A stretch of 63,273 nt of DNA, counting the filler, from Octopus bimaculoides (Eukaryota), in NCBI RefSeq assembly GCF_001194135.2. It is 6 parts of 5 records of this genome, joined end to end, with 100 filler letters (N's around TTAATTAATTAA, not from the genome) between each part and the next. Parts side by side here need not be neighbours in the genome. Positions count along the whole stretch, not along the records: positions 32,089 to 42,405 come from NC_068982.1; positions 42,506 to 51,160 come from NC_068999.1; 4 more parts are not named here. One strand, 5' to 3'. Numbering within the stretch: position 1 is the first letter of the stretch; each line of letters opens with the position of its first letter. This document shows, one piece after another, positions 37,310 to 51,160 of the stretch. Below the pieces are notes generated by a model that was given only the letters and a program-made list of their open reading frames with translations, did no database searches and was not told where the DNA came from. The position numbers were made by a program, and so were the translations under genes.

Positions 37310-37916
37310 CTATAATATTTATAGTGTTGTATCGAAGTAGATTTAAGGATAAGTTCTTTGTAAAGAAACACCGTAAGGAAACCAAATATTTTCACAGTAA
37401 CTAAGCAACAATTCTAAACAGTAACTAGCACCATTGATTCTCAGAACTGTTTGCATTTACATTTAAATGCATCAATCAAGACAGACAGGAGCAAGAGAGA
37501 AATAAGAAGAAAGGTAATTATTGGTTACATGTCCACAATAATATATCTTTATATATTATATTATAAAGAAATGATTGAATATGAATATACATTTTAGGTA
37601 AATTGTTTTAGTGTGCATGTGTTTCATAAGCGAAGTAAAAGTGCAAAGATTATAGAAAGATTATCCTGAAACTATCAAATGTCGAATAATAATGAAAATA
37701 ATGACAATAATAATGGTTTTGACACAACATCAGCAATTTCGGGACAGATGCTAAGTCAGTTAAATAGACCCCAGTACTCAACGGGTATTTATTTTATCGA
37801 CACCCAAAGAATGAAAGGGAAAGTCGACTTCGGTGGTAGTTGAACTCAGAACGTAAAAACGGGCGACAAGCATTTTTTCCCGGCGTGCTAATAATTCTGC
37901 CAGCTCACCACATATT

Positions 37917-38097
<181 letters not shown>

Positions 38098-39927
38098 AAA
38101 CAGCTAGAATCACAGCAAGGCATAAGGAAAGCAAAAAACCAAGCGAAGTTAAACGTGACATGATCTTACATTCGTGGATATGTGAATGTTTGAGTATATT
38201 CAGTATAGCAGATAACATAAGAGAATTAATTAGCTTTAGCATGAAGAAATGGAAAGTAGATCTATATTCAGGTGACACACACTTAGGGAATGTTAATATC
38301 AAAAGAGAAATTTTCCAAGGGGTCTCGTTTTCTTATTTAATATTTGTCTTATGTTTGGTCCCCCTCAGTTTAGTATTAAGGAACGCAAAAGCAGGGTACC
38401 AGTTCAGAAATAGTAAGCAAAAAACTAACTATTTGCTCAACTATGGATGATCTCAATCTTTTTAGTAAGAATAAAAAAAGAGATAGATTCCTTAATACAG
38501 ACTGCAAGACACTTTAGAAAAGATACAGGCATGGAATTTGGCATAGATAAGTGTGCAATATTAGTCATGAGAAGGGGAGAGGTTGTCAACAGTGAAGGTA
38601 TCCAATTACCAGATGACCAGACATTAGAATCATTGAAAGGAGGAGAGAGTTATCAGTATCTAGAGGTATTAGAATCTCTCAGAGTACGAAATTTAGAAAT
38701 GAAAGCAAAAATTGAGAAGGAGTACATCAGAAGGGTGAGAAAGCTAATGAAGTCAGATCTCAATGGTCTGAATCTAATGAAGGCTGTAAATACCTGGGCA
38801 GTATCATTACTTTGATACTCAGCGGCTTTTGTTGACTGGGCAAAAACTGAAAAAAGCAACGACAGAAGAACTAGGAAGGAATTCAATATGGACGGAGGAC
38901 CCCACCCAAGGGCAGGGGTAGCAAGATTGTACACCTACCTAGAAAGGAAGGCAGAAGAGGGTTAATATAAGTGTAAGATTGCGTAGAGTTAGTTAGAGTA
39001 TATATATAGTATATATGAAGAAAGTTTATTAAAAGCTGTTAGAGTTACAAGACAGGGAAACCAAAACAGGAGAAGGCGTTGCATGGTAGATTCTCAAAGA
39101 TAGTTTCAGCAAATAGTAGTAGTGAGATATGGATGTGGCTGCAGAAGGGAAAGCAGAAATGGAAGACAGAAAGTTTGTTAGTAGCTGCACAAGATCAAGC
39201 ATTGAGGACTAATTGGATAAAAGCCAAGATAGACAAAAACAAGTAGATTCCCAATGAAGATTATGCAAATCTAAAGAGGAAAGCATTACTCATATAGTAA
39301 GTGAATGTAACATACTGGCGCAGAAAGAATACAAGAAAACACATGACAATCTAGGGTGAGCAATCCACTGGGATCTTTGTAGAAAGCTAGGATTTGAACA
39401 TACTGATAAATGGTATGAACATGAACCTAGTAAAGTAGTAGAAAGTAAGAAATACAAGATGTAGTTGGACTTTAAAATTCAGACTGATAGAGTAATAGAA
39501 GCTAGAAGGCCTGATTTCGTAGTAGTAGATAAAGAGAATGGAAAGTGCCAGATAATTGATTTTGCAGTCCCATATGCTGAAAACATTAATATGAGAAGTA
39601 TAAAAAAATAGCAAAGTACCCGGACCTAGCTAAATGAATTACACAGAGACTATGAAAAGTGCAGGTAAAATGTATCCCAGTAGTTATAGGTGCATTGGGA
39701 ACTATACCTAAATATCTGAACAGATGGTTAGAGCAAATAGTAATAAAACCCAGTTTAGTTTAGCTGCAGAAAACGGTGTTATTAGGGACAGCTAGGATGC
39801 TTAGGAGAGTTCGTGGCATCTAAGGTTATTTGCTGTAACCCAATAGGAGGGTTCTTGGCATCTAAGGCTACTTGTTGTTGCCCGATGCTAGGATTCTTTT
39901 CTTTTCCAACAGTCTAATCTGTTGAGT
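38098..39927 (+). mobile_element. 5'-truncated R4/Dong-like non-LTR retrotransposon (RT + restriction-like endonuclease), degenerate
   Basis: MILHSW, IKREIFQG.S.S.LIFVLCLVPLS, (Y)MDDL, GMEFGIDKCAIL, YQYLEVLE, NLMKAVNTWAVSLL, then ESITHIVSECNILAQKEYKKTHD and IQTDRVIEARRPDFVVVDK...IIDFAVP and IPVVIGALGTIP (RLE PD..D motif). Confidence 0.85.
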
Positions 39928-40080
39928 GAAGAAGAAGAAGAAGAAGAAGAAGAAGAAGAAGAAGAAGAAGAAGAAGAAGAAGAAGAAGAAGAAGAAGAAG
40001 AAGAAGAAGAAGAAGAAGAAGAAGAAGAAGAAGAAGAAGAAGAAGAAGAAGAAGAAGAAGAAGAAGAAGAAGAAGAAGAA
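39928..40080. repeat. (GAA)51 microsatellite
   Basis: 153 bp perfect repeat. Confidence 0.98.
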
Positions 40081-40500
40081 TGAATGCTGTAAGCTAGCGC
40101 AAAAAGAGTATAATCGCAGCCATGACCGTGTCAGTAAAAGAGTTCACTGAGATTTTAACCTTGTATGTGTATTCAAAGTAACAGAAAAATGGTATGAATA
40201 CGAACCAGAAGCTATTATGAAGGATAATAATTATAAGAATTTATGGAATTTCCTCGTATAAATTTGTACTATTAAATCAACAATACTAGATACGATTGCA
40301 GAACACAAACCAAGAGCAGTCTAAAATCATAGACTTTGCACTAGCTTATGATAACAGAATGGATACCAAAGAAATTGAGGAAAGTGAAAAATATTTGGAC
40401 CTGGCCAGAGAGTAAAAGATATTGCGAAAGACTAAGATGAAAGTTGTCGCCAGTTACAATTAAAACCTATCAGGACAATATTGAAGGAATCTGATATGCG
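40081..40500 (+). mobile_element. Second R4/Dong-like fragment (zinc-knuckle/RLE region)
   Basis: ECCKLAQKEYNRSHDRVSKRVH; KWYEYEPEAIMK; degenerate RLE segment. Confidence 0.65.
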
Positions 40501-40689
40501 AAAAAGTTTTTAAAGCAGTCTATCTAGTCCCCGCCATTTTTCATCGCATACCACTCAACACCTTTGCTACATTATCTACAAAAGTTGTTGTTTTCGTAGA
40601 ACACTCTGTTTCCAGTCGACAGTTGCAGCAAATCCTCAAGGCAGGCTTCGAAGTCAACTATCTTTGAAGTAATGGACACTGCTTGCGGC

Positions 40690-40895
40690 TGACAGTGCAG
40701 AGATAATTGTCAAGGACGGGAATGGAATTTTATATACACTGATGGAGAATTTGATATATGCTGACCAAACCATTTCCTAAGAGGAAGTGAAGAAAGTGTT
40801 AAATTACAAAATTTCGGTAAATCAAAATAAGCAGAATGTGGAGAATGAAGCTGCAAGCAGTGCCAATAATAATTGGAAGACACGGTATGAGAAGA
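40690..40895 (+). mobile_element. Third R4/Dong-like RLE scrap
   Basis: KISRMWRMKLQAVPIIIG resembles the RLE C-terminal block seen at ~39660. Confidence 0.4.
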
Positions 40896-40972
40896 CAAAT
40901 ATGAATAAATTAAAATGTTTATTGCACACTAGCTAATAGGTATACAACCCACGCTGTACATATTCAGTACGC

Positions 40973-41544
40973 GGATCTTTTTTAAAACGGGGGCCACATT
41001 TTTCATTAATGTTTTACGTAGTGTTTTTGGTACCGAAAGACTTTCAAACTTCGTATACTTATCTATTTTGTGTTATAGAACAGAAAAATATTTTTGTATT
41101 CGAATTTATTTCATGTAAAAAATTGTCTTATTTCGATAATTTCAACCAATCACTGACGTCCATTCAGTCGATATACATTAAGTGCCGACTACATAAACAA
41201 ACGATTCTTCGTTTTATTTGCTTTTTTCATTTTAAATTTGCTTTAACCCTAACCCTAACCGTAGGGTTAGGGTTAGGATTAGAGTTAGGGTTAGGGTTAG
41301 GATTAATTGTTTCAGAATCGTTTGTTTATGTAGTCGGCACTTAATGTATATCGGCTGAATGGACGTCAGTGATTGGTTGAAATTACAGAAATACGACAAC
41401 TTTCACATGGAATAATTTATGGATTTCTTTTTTTTTAAAGAAGACTAAGAGAAAAAGATGTTTTATATGACACATTCTACCAGTGTTCCAAGTTTCAAAG
41501 TGTTTCGTTAATGAAAAATGTGGCCCCCGTTTTAAAAAAGATCC
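40973..41544. mobile_element. Fold-back MITE with central telomeric repeats; GG termini and 8-bp TSD (Merlin-like)
   Basis: TIR ggatcttttttaaaacggggccaca / tgtggcccccgttttaaaaaagatcc; perfect flanking duplication CAGTACGC (40965-40972, 41545-41552); long internal inverted arms; (CCCTAA)n 41244-41260 then (TTAGGG)n 41262-41301. Confidence 0.85.
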
Positions 41545-42405
41545 CAGTACGCTAACCATCTGATACTAAAACACATTAAACAACCAACGCGCCACTTATG
41601 AATATAATAACACACAAAACAATTAAGTGTCTCTCTTGCACTAATGTGCATGAGAAATGAAATGCGAAAATAAATGAGAAAGAAAGAAACTACTTTCACA
41701 ACAATGGAAAAAAAGTTGTTGTAGCTTATAAACGCAATTCTACAACCACAATATACGATGATGAACATTTCTCAGTAACTTGCAGATGTATCCAGTGTTG
41801 AAGTAGAAATCAGCACATGACCGACGAAATGCAATAATGATAATAACTAGATTTATTTGTATTGTAGGTAAGAAAAATAATAAGATATACACTTATAACG
41901 ATGCATGGGGTTTACTTAACGGTCTGCGTCAGTGTAAGACACTCTTTGTTGTGTTATACCCCAAAAATAAACGATTTTTCAAAAATGAGCTAGCATCCAA
42001 CAATGAGTGGATAATGTTGATATGTTGACATATAGCAAATTCATTCTTTTATTATTTTCAGTTATTGGACTACAATTATGCTGGGCCAAGATCTCGAAGC
42101 GGTTGATCGATAAAATCAATCCAGTGCTTATAGTAAGACCGGTGGTCTGCTACTTATTCTGGTGGCCTCTCTGTGCCGAACCACAAAGTTATAAGGGGCA
42201 TAAACAAAGCGACATCTCTTGTCAAGTGATGTAAGAACAAATGTTAAGATTCGCACACGCGCTCAGACACACACGTATATATATTACGAGCTCCTACACA
42301 TTTTCCGTTCACCAAAATCAGTCGACTGAACTCAAAACCACAAGGTTGGGGAACAAGCTGTTAAGCCACACAGCCATGCCTGTGTGTATATATATATATA
42401 TATAT

Positions 42406-42505
42406 NNNNNNNNNNNNNNNNNNNNNNNNNNNNNNNNNNNNNNNNNNNNTTAATTAATTAANNNNNNNNNNNNNNNNNNNNNNNNNNNNNNNNNNNNNNN
42501 NNNNN
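42406..42505. other. Artificial scaffold-joining linker
   Basis: N44-TTAATTAATTAA-N44. Confidence 0.95.
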
Positions 42506-42516
42506 TTCCGATCTTA

Positions 42517-42552
<36 letters not shown>

Positions 42553-42574
42553 TGTATGTATATTCATTTATTTA

Positions 42575-43130
42575 TATTCATTATAGAATTAAGGATAAAA
42601 TAACTTTAATGATATTATCAAGTGGTCAGAAATAAAAACCTCGTATGTAATTATAAATACAACTTTCCAGTTAGTTGAGAATCGAACTCGAGTTCAGGTT
42701 AAATGTAATGAAATACAAATTGCCCTCCTCAACACAACATTCAGAGGTATATAAGTCCAAATATTTATACATACCTATACGAAACACAAAACCCACACGA
42801 CTATATACATAAATTTGCACGTAAGCACCAGAAAAAGTCAAATTTACATTTTTCATTTCAAAATAAACTGGCAGCGAATAAAATTTTATAAGATGCAAAA
42901 ATATCTTTATTCCTATTCATTATAGAATTAAGGATGAAATCATTTTAAGGATTTTATCAAGTGGACACCGTGAAATAAATCCAACTTTCCAGTTAGTTGT
43001 GTATCAAACTTGATTTCAAGTTAAATGTAATGAAATACATAACACCCTCCTCAGCACAACATTCTGAGCTATATAAGTACAAATACCCATACGAAACACC
43101 AAAGCTTGTATTTATTATTTTTCATTTGCC
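42575..43130. repeat. Diverged tandem duplication, ~339-bp period
   Basis: tattcattatagaattaaggat at 42575 and 42914 with collinear downstream similarity. Confidence 0.75.
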
Positions 43131-44067
43131 CGTTTACAATTTGTGCTTAAAAGGAGAAATAAGGTGGTTCTTTGTGCCATTTCGTATCTATTTTTAACAT
43201 GTTGGAGAGAGTTTGTCCTGATCCCTTTAATATAATTACATATATATATATATATANNNNNNNNNNNNNNNNNNNNNNNNNNNNNNNNNNNNNNNNNNNN
43301 NNNNNNNNNNNNNNNNNNNNNNNNNNNNNNNNNNNNNNNNNNNNNNNNNNNNNNNNNNNNNNNNNNNNNNNNNNNNNNNNNNNNNNNNNNNNNNNNNNNN
43401 NNNNNNNNNNNNNNNNNNNNNNNNNNNNNNNNNNNNNNNNNNNNNNNNNNNNNNNNNNNNNNNNNNNNNNNNNNNNNNNNNNNNNNNNNNNNNNNNNNNN
43501 NNNNNNNNNNNNNNNNNNNNNNNNNNNNNNNNNNNNNNNNNNNNNNNNNNNNNNNNNNNNNNNNNNNNNNNNNNNNNNNNNNNNNNNNNNNNNNNNNNNN
43601 NNNNNNNNNNNNNNNNNNNNNNNNNNNNNNNNNNNNNNNNNNNNNNNNNNNNNNNNNNNNNNNNNNNNNNNNNNNNNNNNNNNNNNNNNNNNNNNNNNNN
43701 NNNNNNNNNNNNNNNNNNNNNNNNNNNNNNNNNNNNNNNNNNNNNNNNNNNNNNNNNNNNNNNNNNNNNNNNNNNNNNNNNNNNNNNNNNNNNNNNNNNN
43801 NNNNNNNNNNNNNNNNNNNNNNNNNNNNNNNNNNNNNNNNNNNNNNNNNNNNNNNNNNNNNNNNNNNNNNNNNNNNNNNNNNNNNNNNNNNNNNNNNNNN
43901 NNNNNNNNNNNNNNNNNNNNNNNNNNNNNNNNNNNNNNNNNNNNNNNNNNNNNNNNNNNNNNNNNNNNNNNNNNNNNNNNNNNNNNNNNNNNNNNNNNNN
44001 NNNNNNNNNNNNNNNNNNNNNNNNNNNNNNNNNNNNNNNNNNNNNNNNNNNNNNNNNNNNNNNNNNN

Positions 44068-44106
<39 letters not shown>

Positions 44107-44323
44107 ACACGCGCGAGTGCAGGTGAGCACAGGTGCAAAACAAGGTGGTAAAAGCAGTACTCGAATACCACAGGTAGAGTAAAATATTGAAGCCAAAAAA
44201 TCTTCAGTAGCTGCTACTAAGAGTTGTACGTGACTATGTGAATTTTGAATACTCACAACTGTCCGATGAGCAATCACTTTAAACTCTGAGTAGCAACTCG
44301 CGTTGTATTTTCGTTTTTAGTAA

Positions 44324-44371
<48 letters not shown>

Positions 44372-44835
44372 GGCTTATTGGTTAAGGTGTTTCACTCACA
44401 ATTGCGAGATCGATTCCCAGACCGGGCGTTGCGTTGTATTCTTGAGCAAAGCACTTCCTTTCACGTTGCTCTGACATATTGGCACCCGTTGCAACTGTAC
44501 AGGTAATGTTGATCTGTTTGGGGGAGTGAGCTTGTGTCTACACAAACATTTGTTCACTATATACTAATCATCTGTGTGGGTCCTGGGTAAGAAATTGTCG
44601 AACCCTCATACGTTGTCTTACGACGGGACAGTCCATCATATGTATGTATGTATGTATGTATTATTCTTAAGCAGGTATTTTATTTACAGTGACTTTGAAG
44701 TTTTGGCCAGCTAAGACATCGTAGGACACTTCTTCGAAGTCACTGTGAACGATATACTTGTATAAGAATAATTTGTACACAATAAATATAAAACTACTAT
44801 ATAATAATAATAGTAATAATAATAATAATAGTAAT

Positions 44836-44888
<53 letters not shown>

Positions 44889-47057
44889 CAACAAAAACAG
44901 TGCGTGTTTGATCAAAGCTTAGTTGGAGTTAAACAACAAAAAGAAAGCATTTTACCGACAATTTAACCTTTATTTGTGGCTGATCTTGCATACATATTAA
45001 TGGTACCGATATCCTTCACTCGGCGGTGGATAAATGGGAATTAGTCGATAGTTAATCGAGAACTCACTGAGAGTTAATCGATAAGCCGCATGATGAGAGT
45101 TAAATTAATATATAATAGCTCTCCACTGTGTCATCGTTGTGTGAAATCTATAATCTTCCCACCAGCCTGTCTGTATTTTGTTTCACGTTTCGCTGTAACT
45201 TGTCACCTTGACATGATCTCAAGAGGGAGAGGTGTGTGTTTCTTTATGTCCATACACTGAGCAAAAGAGGTAATAGAAAAACTTATAAAATATGCCTTGT
45301 CACCGGTTGTCTGTACCTCAGCTGTCTTCTTTCTCCACTATACGTTACTAATTACCCGACGTTCACTCAGTGCTTTCGAGTTAAAAATGACAAATGTTCA
45401 AACCAGCCTCATATTTTGTGTGTTCTGCTTGTAGGTGTGATAAACTTGAGGATTTCAAATTTAACATAGTGTTACTCTCCTTCACAAGCAATTAAGGAAT
45501 GCTGAGGTGCCGTAATCGTGTTAATGGTTTTGAAGTTTCGTTGGCCCAATATCCAAGTGATGTAACATTTAACAGCATTGACTTCAAAGCGAATCAAGGA
45601 TTGCCTAATATTTTGCTGCACCTGTATGCTTAATGGTTAGCATCGCATATTGATTTATCATTCTACACATAGCCTAGACTGACTCACAAATAATTACTTT
45701 CCTCTACAAATATAGAAAAATATAATTTAGGACTAAACAGCTGCAAACCATTTAGAAAGCAAAAATATGTCTTGCAGTAAATTACTTTTTCCAGCTCTGA
45801 GTTTGACCGATATGCAATTGTATACCCACACAGTCACAATACCATATAAATGTACTCATTTTATAGATACAAGTGCTACCTAACCACTAATTTTCGTTAT
45901 CCTCTCTCTTTCAATCTAAAACTTCTATTGTAAAGCTATCTGCACTTCGACACAAAATAAATCTATACTGATTCTATCTTGCTATATTCATTCATTCATT
46001 CCTCTCACATTTTGTTATCACTAGAGTGTTTCGCACATCAGACTGTTCAACCGATACTTCTTACATTTACCTATATATTACTAGAACTCATTTCCTGCAC
46101 AGTTTTCTTCTCCAAGTATTGACTTTAACATTTAAAACTGGATATCAATCATGCTAGCCCCTAGCTTCCTCTATGGGGCAGATATCTATATTTTACCGTT
46201 AGGAGAGCATTTAGCTCTATGGCAGATTTATCATTCACTACCCCACCGTTGACATTAAGTATATCACATTTATCATTCATATCATCACAGATATCATTCA
46301 CCATCCCACGACCATAGTTTTCCCTATCATACATTTATCACTCACTATACTACAGTTATCATACCTCTACGGGTATCGTAAAGAGTACCGGAAGTTAATG
46401 GCTTCCCGCCATCCATATCTATTATCAAGCAGGCCCCACTGCCAAGAAGTGAAATATCTTTTCCAAAACGTTGCTAAGCTTCAACAATTTTTCCTCCGAC
46501 ACCAACAATTTATACATGCTCGTCAAATGCCCTTATCAAAAAAATTGGACTTGTTTGCGAGTATGCATCATCCACCCGACAGAATGCACTAACTGCAACG
46601 GATGCCCCTTTAGTAACATGTGTGATATTTGCACAATCGAATAAAATGAATGCTTTCACCTTCGCACTCCATCGGACAAAAGTCATTTGAACATGTATTA
46701 GATCCAGAATATCACTGTTACTAACGAACCTACAGGTCGGAATATCGGGTATTTTCGGGTCAAGGAAACTATCCTCATTAAACTCTATAAGCCCGCTATC
46801 AACGTGAAGAATATAATTGAATTAGCAAATGGGCTAACATAATGAGTCCTAATGCAACATATGACCCTGACGTCTCTACATCCCACCCTCTACGTCGGTT
46901 TCACAGCAATCATACTATTTCCAAAATAGTAGGCATGCAACGCTAAGTATTATCGCTTGTTTTTCATTCTTCATAACCTACAGTTTTTTAGCTAATCATA
47001 CGAATTTAAAATTTTGACGAGTACGTGTATATATATCTAGCTAGCTAGCTAGCTAAC

Positions 47058-47058
<1 letters not shown>

Positions 47059-47133
<75 letters not shown>
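47059..47133. repeat. (TAGA)n microsatellite
   Basis: Direct reading; a (CTAT)n tract also occurs at ~28169-28240. Confidence 0.97.
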
Positions 47134-47136
<3 letters not shown>

Positions 47137-47654
47137 CTATATGCGGATGTGTGACAGTGGATAAGGCTGTTAATGTGTATATTTTAACAGTTACCAGAAA
47201 GCACGGAGGAGCAATTAAAAAGTTTGCTTCACAAACGTAAGGTCCCGAGATCGATATCGCTGGTAAACATAGGCAGACATGATACTGGCGTCAAATACAG
47301 TGTTGAGGAGAAAGGCTATGTAAAGTATGAACTGGCATGAGACCAGATGTCAACCTTGAAGTAAATTGAATTACGAGAGTCATAAAATCTATAACCAATT
47401 GACATGTGGACAGAAGACCAGAAGATATGATACTTGGTATGTCAGCATTTAGCATTTGTATTTTATCTGGTTTAGGTAAATTGAAAGTCCATGGGCCTCA
47501 CAACATCCCATTTGAAATCTGTCTCACATCCTCATCATATATTTCTCCGTCATCATTTTTCTCTATCTTCAGGTCTCTTTATTTTACTCTTCTAACCTCA
47601 AATCTTCCCTCTATTCTCTTTATCTTTTTTCTCCATCTCTCTTTCTATCTATAT

Positions 47655-47793
<139 letters not shown>

Positions 47794-48399
47794 CTTTCAG
47801 CAGCAGACAGGTAAGAATAATTCCAGGCGAACATATACCTACATAACATCATTGTCAAAAACGACTACAACAACAGCAACAACAACAATCGCAACCACAA
47901 CAACGACAACGACGACGACGATGATAACGATGATGATGATGATCGTTACGTGTCAAATGCCTTAAGGCTGCAAAGCATTAAGAAGGGGAAAACAGAGAAA
48001 TTGTTCAGGTGTTTGGTTGCAGCAAAACTAAAACAACAAAAAAATAAAGAAATGTCCCTTCAATTTGATGATATCTACCTTACCCTCCTTGTGTATTGCC
48101 CGCTTTTTACATTTTCTTTTCTTTTTCTTTCTTTCTTTATTTCACTAAGAACAGAATCTAAACAAAATCTGGGGCCATTTCACCGTCGTGCCAGCATACG
48201 AATAAGGTTCATTTGCATAATGCAATGAGGACAACTAAGTTCATGCTTTTGCTGTTTGTTACTACTATCACCACCACCACCAACACCACCACCACCACCA
48301 CAACCACCAACACCACAACAACAACAACAACAACTACTACTACTACGACCGCTAATACTACTACTATTCTTATTCTTCTTATTATTTTCATTACTGAGC

Positions 48400-48608
48400 T
48401 GGTGAGCTGGCAGAATTGTTAGCACACTGGACGAAATGCTTAGCGGCATTTCGCCCGACGCTACGTTCTGATTTCAACTTCCGCAGAGGTCGACCTTGCC
48501 TTTCATATTTTCGGAGTTAATAATGTACTTATCAGTTGAAGACTGGAGTCGATGTAATCGACTCATCCTCTCCCTCAAATATTGCTGCCCTTTGGCGAAA
48601 TTTGAAAC
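48400..48608 (+). mobile_element. tRNA-derived SINE family B
   Basis: ggtgagctggcagaattgttagc...gttctga.ttcaa.ttccgc.gaggtcgac...ggagtcgatgtaatcgac...tttgaaac, followed by a TTA tail. Confidence 0.8.
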
Positions 48609-48623
48609 TTTTATTATTATTAA

Positions 48624-51022
48624 GTGAAGATTTCGAGCAAAGCCCCAAAAGTAGTCAGGAATCTAATGAGAAAAATACTCTGAAAACCACTTGCCCGAGA
48701 AAAACCATCACACTAGAGAATAAGTCGGTCATAAATTTATCTAAACTAAAACTTTCGCCCGACGATGTCTCAGTCTTAGAGCTTGGACTGAGTTTTTGCC
48801 CAAGCACTAACAATTTCGACAAGAATAAACTAACTCGAGGGCTATTTCAGTTTGCCCGCCGTCACAAGCTGAAAGAATATTTTTTGGGAAAAATTGGAAA
48901 CAAAGATTCAGAAAACCCTATGTTTAATAAAAATAAAAACGATGATCGAATCTGGCATAATTGGATTGAAAAGAATCCTAATTGGTATCCAGATAATGTT
49001 CGGGATGGACATTCACAAGCACTACTGGAATTTCTTGAATCTTGTCAGGCAGGCATTAGAGAAGGCTTTAAAACAAGTGGAAAGAAGTCCTGGAATAACC
49101 TCACAAATTCCCAACGTTACGCACTTCGACGTCTAGCTAATAACGATTCTATTGTTATTAAGATGGCAGATAAGGGAGGCGCTATCGTAATTATGGACAA
49201 AAGTGAGTATATTTCGGCCTGTGAAGAAGTTTTAAATGACAAAACTTCATATGAAGAATTACCTGTCGATCCAAACCCCAATTACAGAGAGGAACTTGAC
49301 AAAATAATTCTGGAAATGGAAGAAAACAATTTCGTTAATAAGGCTGAATCTAAGATTTTAAGGTCAGAATGAAGAACACCTGTACTTTATGGTCTCCCTA
49401 AAATACACAAAAAGTTCAAAAGATTTCCTCAAATCCGCCCAATTTGCAGCGGATATGAATGTTGTACGGCCAAAATTTCGGAATGGCTGGATGGCTTTCT
49501 ACTCCCCGACGCAAAACGATCAAGTTACTATATTAGGGATACCTTTGATTTTGTATCTAAAATCAACAACTTTTTAAGCACTGAGGCCATGTTGAAAACT
49601 GCTTTTTGGTAACCATGGATGTTTCTTCCTTATATCCCAATATTGACCAAAATGAAGGGGTAGAAGCATGCATGAATGCCTTCAAAAAGTGGTCAAACAA
49701 AAGTATTCCATCAAATTTTCTCTGTAGATTATTGAGGTTTGTGTTAGAAAGTAACACAATGACGTTTAGACAAAGATTCTACCACTAGACGAAGGGTTGC
49801 GCCATGGGTACCCCCAAAGCAGTTAATTTCGTTAATGTCTTCATGACGAAATTCGAGACACAGTTACTGAAGACATTCAAATCCCTTCATGGTGATGAAC
49901 TATTACTCTGGTTACGGTTCACTGACGACGTATTTTTTCTCTGGGAAGGATCACAGGTTAGTTTAATAGACTTCTTGCATTTCTGTGACTGTTATGCTAG
50001 AAACTATGGCTTTAATTCAAACATAAAATTTACGTCTAATTTTTCAAAAACTAGCGTTGAATTTTTGAACACAAAATCATCCCACATTTATCTCCACCGT
50101 CGCTCCGATCATCCACATCATCTTATTCGGTCAAATCCGAAATTCCAATTTTTTAGGATAAAACGGATTTGTACTGACATAGGGGATTACTGGAACCATG
50201 CAAATGCTTTTGTATATAATTATGTCAAACGCAGTTACAGTGAATCACGATTAAAGGAAATAGCAAATGAAATAGCTAAGATTAGCAAAGATAGTCAAAC
50301 CTACACGCATGATTTTAGCAAACACAATACAATAGATGACAGAATGCCTTTAGTGATTAGCTGGCACCGACATTTCTCTGGCATTTCAAAAGTGTTGCAT
50401 AAAAGTTACCAGCATGTGGCGAAAAAAATACCCTCGCTTCAAACAGATATTTCCTCAGCTGCCTATTGTAGCCTTTAGATGGAATAAGAATATAAGAGAA
50501 TTATTAACCTCTATATCTGACTCCAGCAAAACGAACATTGGATCATCTGCACGCTCTACCTTAAAGAACAGCCGTAAGAGAGGTAAGCCCTGTTCATTGT
50601 GCAACAGCATGAGTGAAGGGAATTCCATCAGAAATCATAACTGAAAGGTTATGATTTATACAGAAAGTGGAACATGTAATGATTCCCATTTGGTGTATAC
50701 TGCAGGATGCACGAAACACAACTTAATTTATGTTGGTTGTACGACAGAACAATTAAACAAAAGGTTTAATGGGCACAGATTCGACGTCAGGCACAATAAC
50801 AGTAGTTTGACAGAACTTGCTGAACATTTCGTTTTAAGCGGCTGCAATTTTGAAGAAGACTTGAAAGTGCATATTCTCAGAAAATATTCTGAATCTGTTG
50901 GATTTTCACTTCTCAGAATGAATGAGGAGAAATATGTTTGCGCGTTATTAACAGCACACCCTGGAGGAATGAATAAGATGACAGGAGAATATCATCAAAT
51001 TTATACAAAACTGTTTGATTAA
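48624..51022 (+). mobile_element. Penelope-like retroelement (RT + C-terminal GIY-YIG endonuclease), near complete but inactivated; Neptune-like
   Basis: Collinear PLE motifs across ORF pieces: VINLS..L....VLELGLSFCP, MADKGGAIVIMD, (TGA)RTPVLYGLPKIHK, IRPICSG, TMDVSSLYPNID, (TAG)TKGCAMGTP, WLRFTDDVFF, YLHRRSDHPHH, CSLC linker, LVY..GC....IYVGCT...KRFNGH, E..GMN. Two in-frame TGA (49370, 50642), one TAG (49786), two frameshifts (~49600, ~50425) and a deletion after VEFL. The clade call from the Cys-containing linker is inference. Confidence 0.9.
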
Positions 51023-51037
51023 ATATCCTTTTTAAAA

Positions 51038-51065
51038 TATTATTATTATTATTATTATTATTATA

Positions 51066-51097
<32 letters not shown>

Positions 51098-51128
51098 CAT
51101 TATTATCATTATTATTATTATTATTATT
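51038..51128. repeat. (ATT)n microsatellite at the 3' end of the Penelope-like element
   Basis: Direct reading. Confidence 0.95.
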
Positions 51129-51160
51129 GTTCAGTAGTTTTATTTTTATAACATGCGTTC

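Noticed and set aside
44123-44173. 51-nt in-frame exon after (TG)n
   Set aside because: The donor (gtagag) is weak and the supposed acceptor is equally a donor consensus (CAG|GTGAG); no recognisable peptide.
46380-46820. Possible further GIY-YIG remnant (RVKETILIKLYKPAIN)
   Set aside because: A single short motif with no collinear support that can be verified by eye.
49370-49372. In-frame TGA codons in the PLE (49370, 50642) as selenocysteine, as reported for some Naiad elements
   Set aside because: The same copy has a TAG and two frameshifts, and no 3' UTR room for a SECIS before (ATT)n; ordinary decay explains them.
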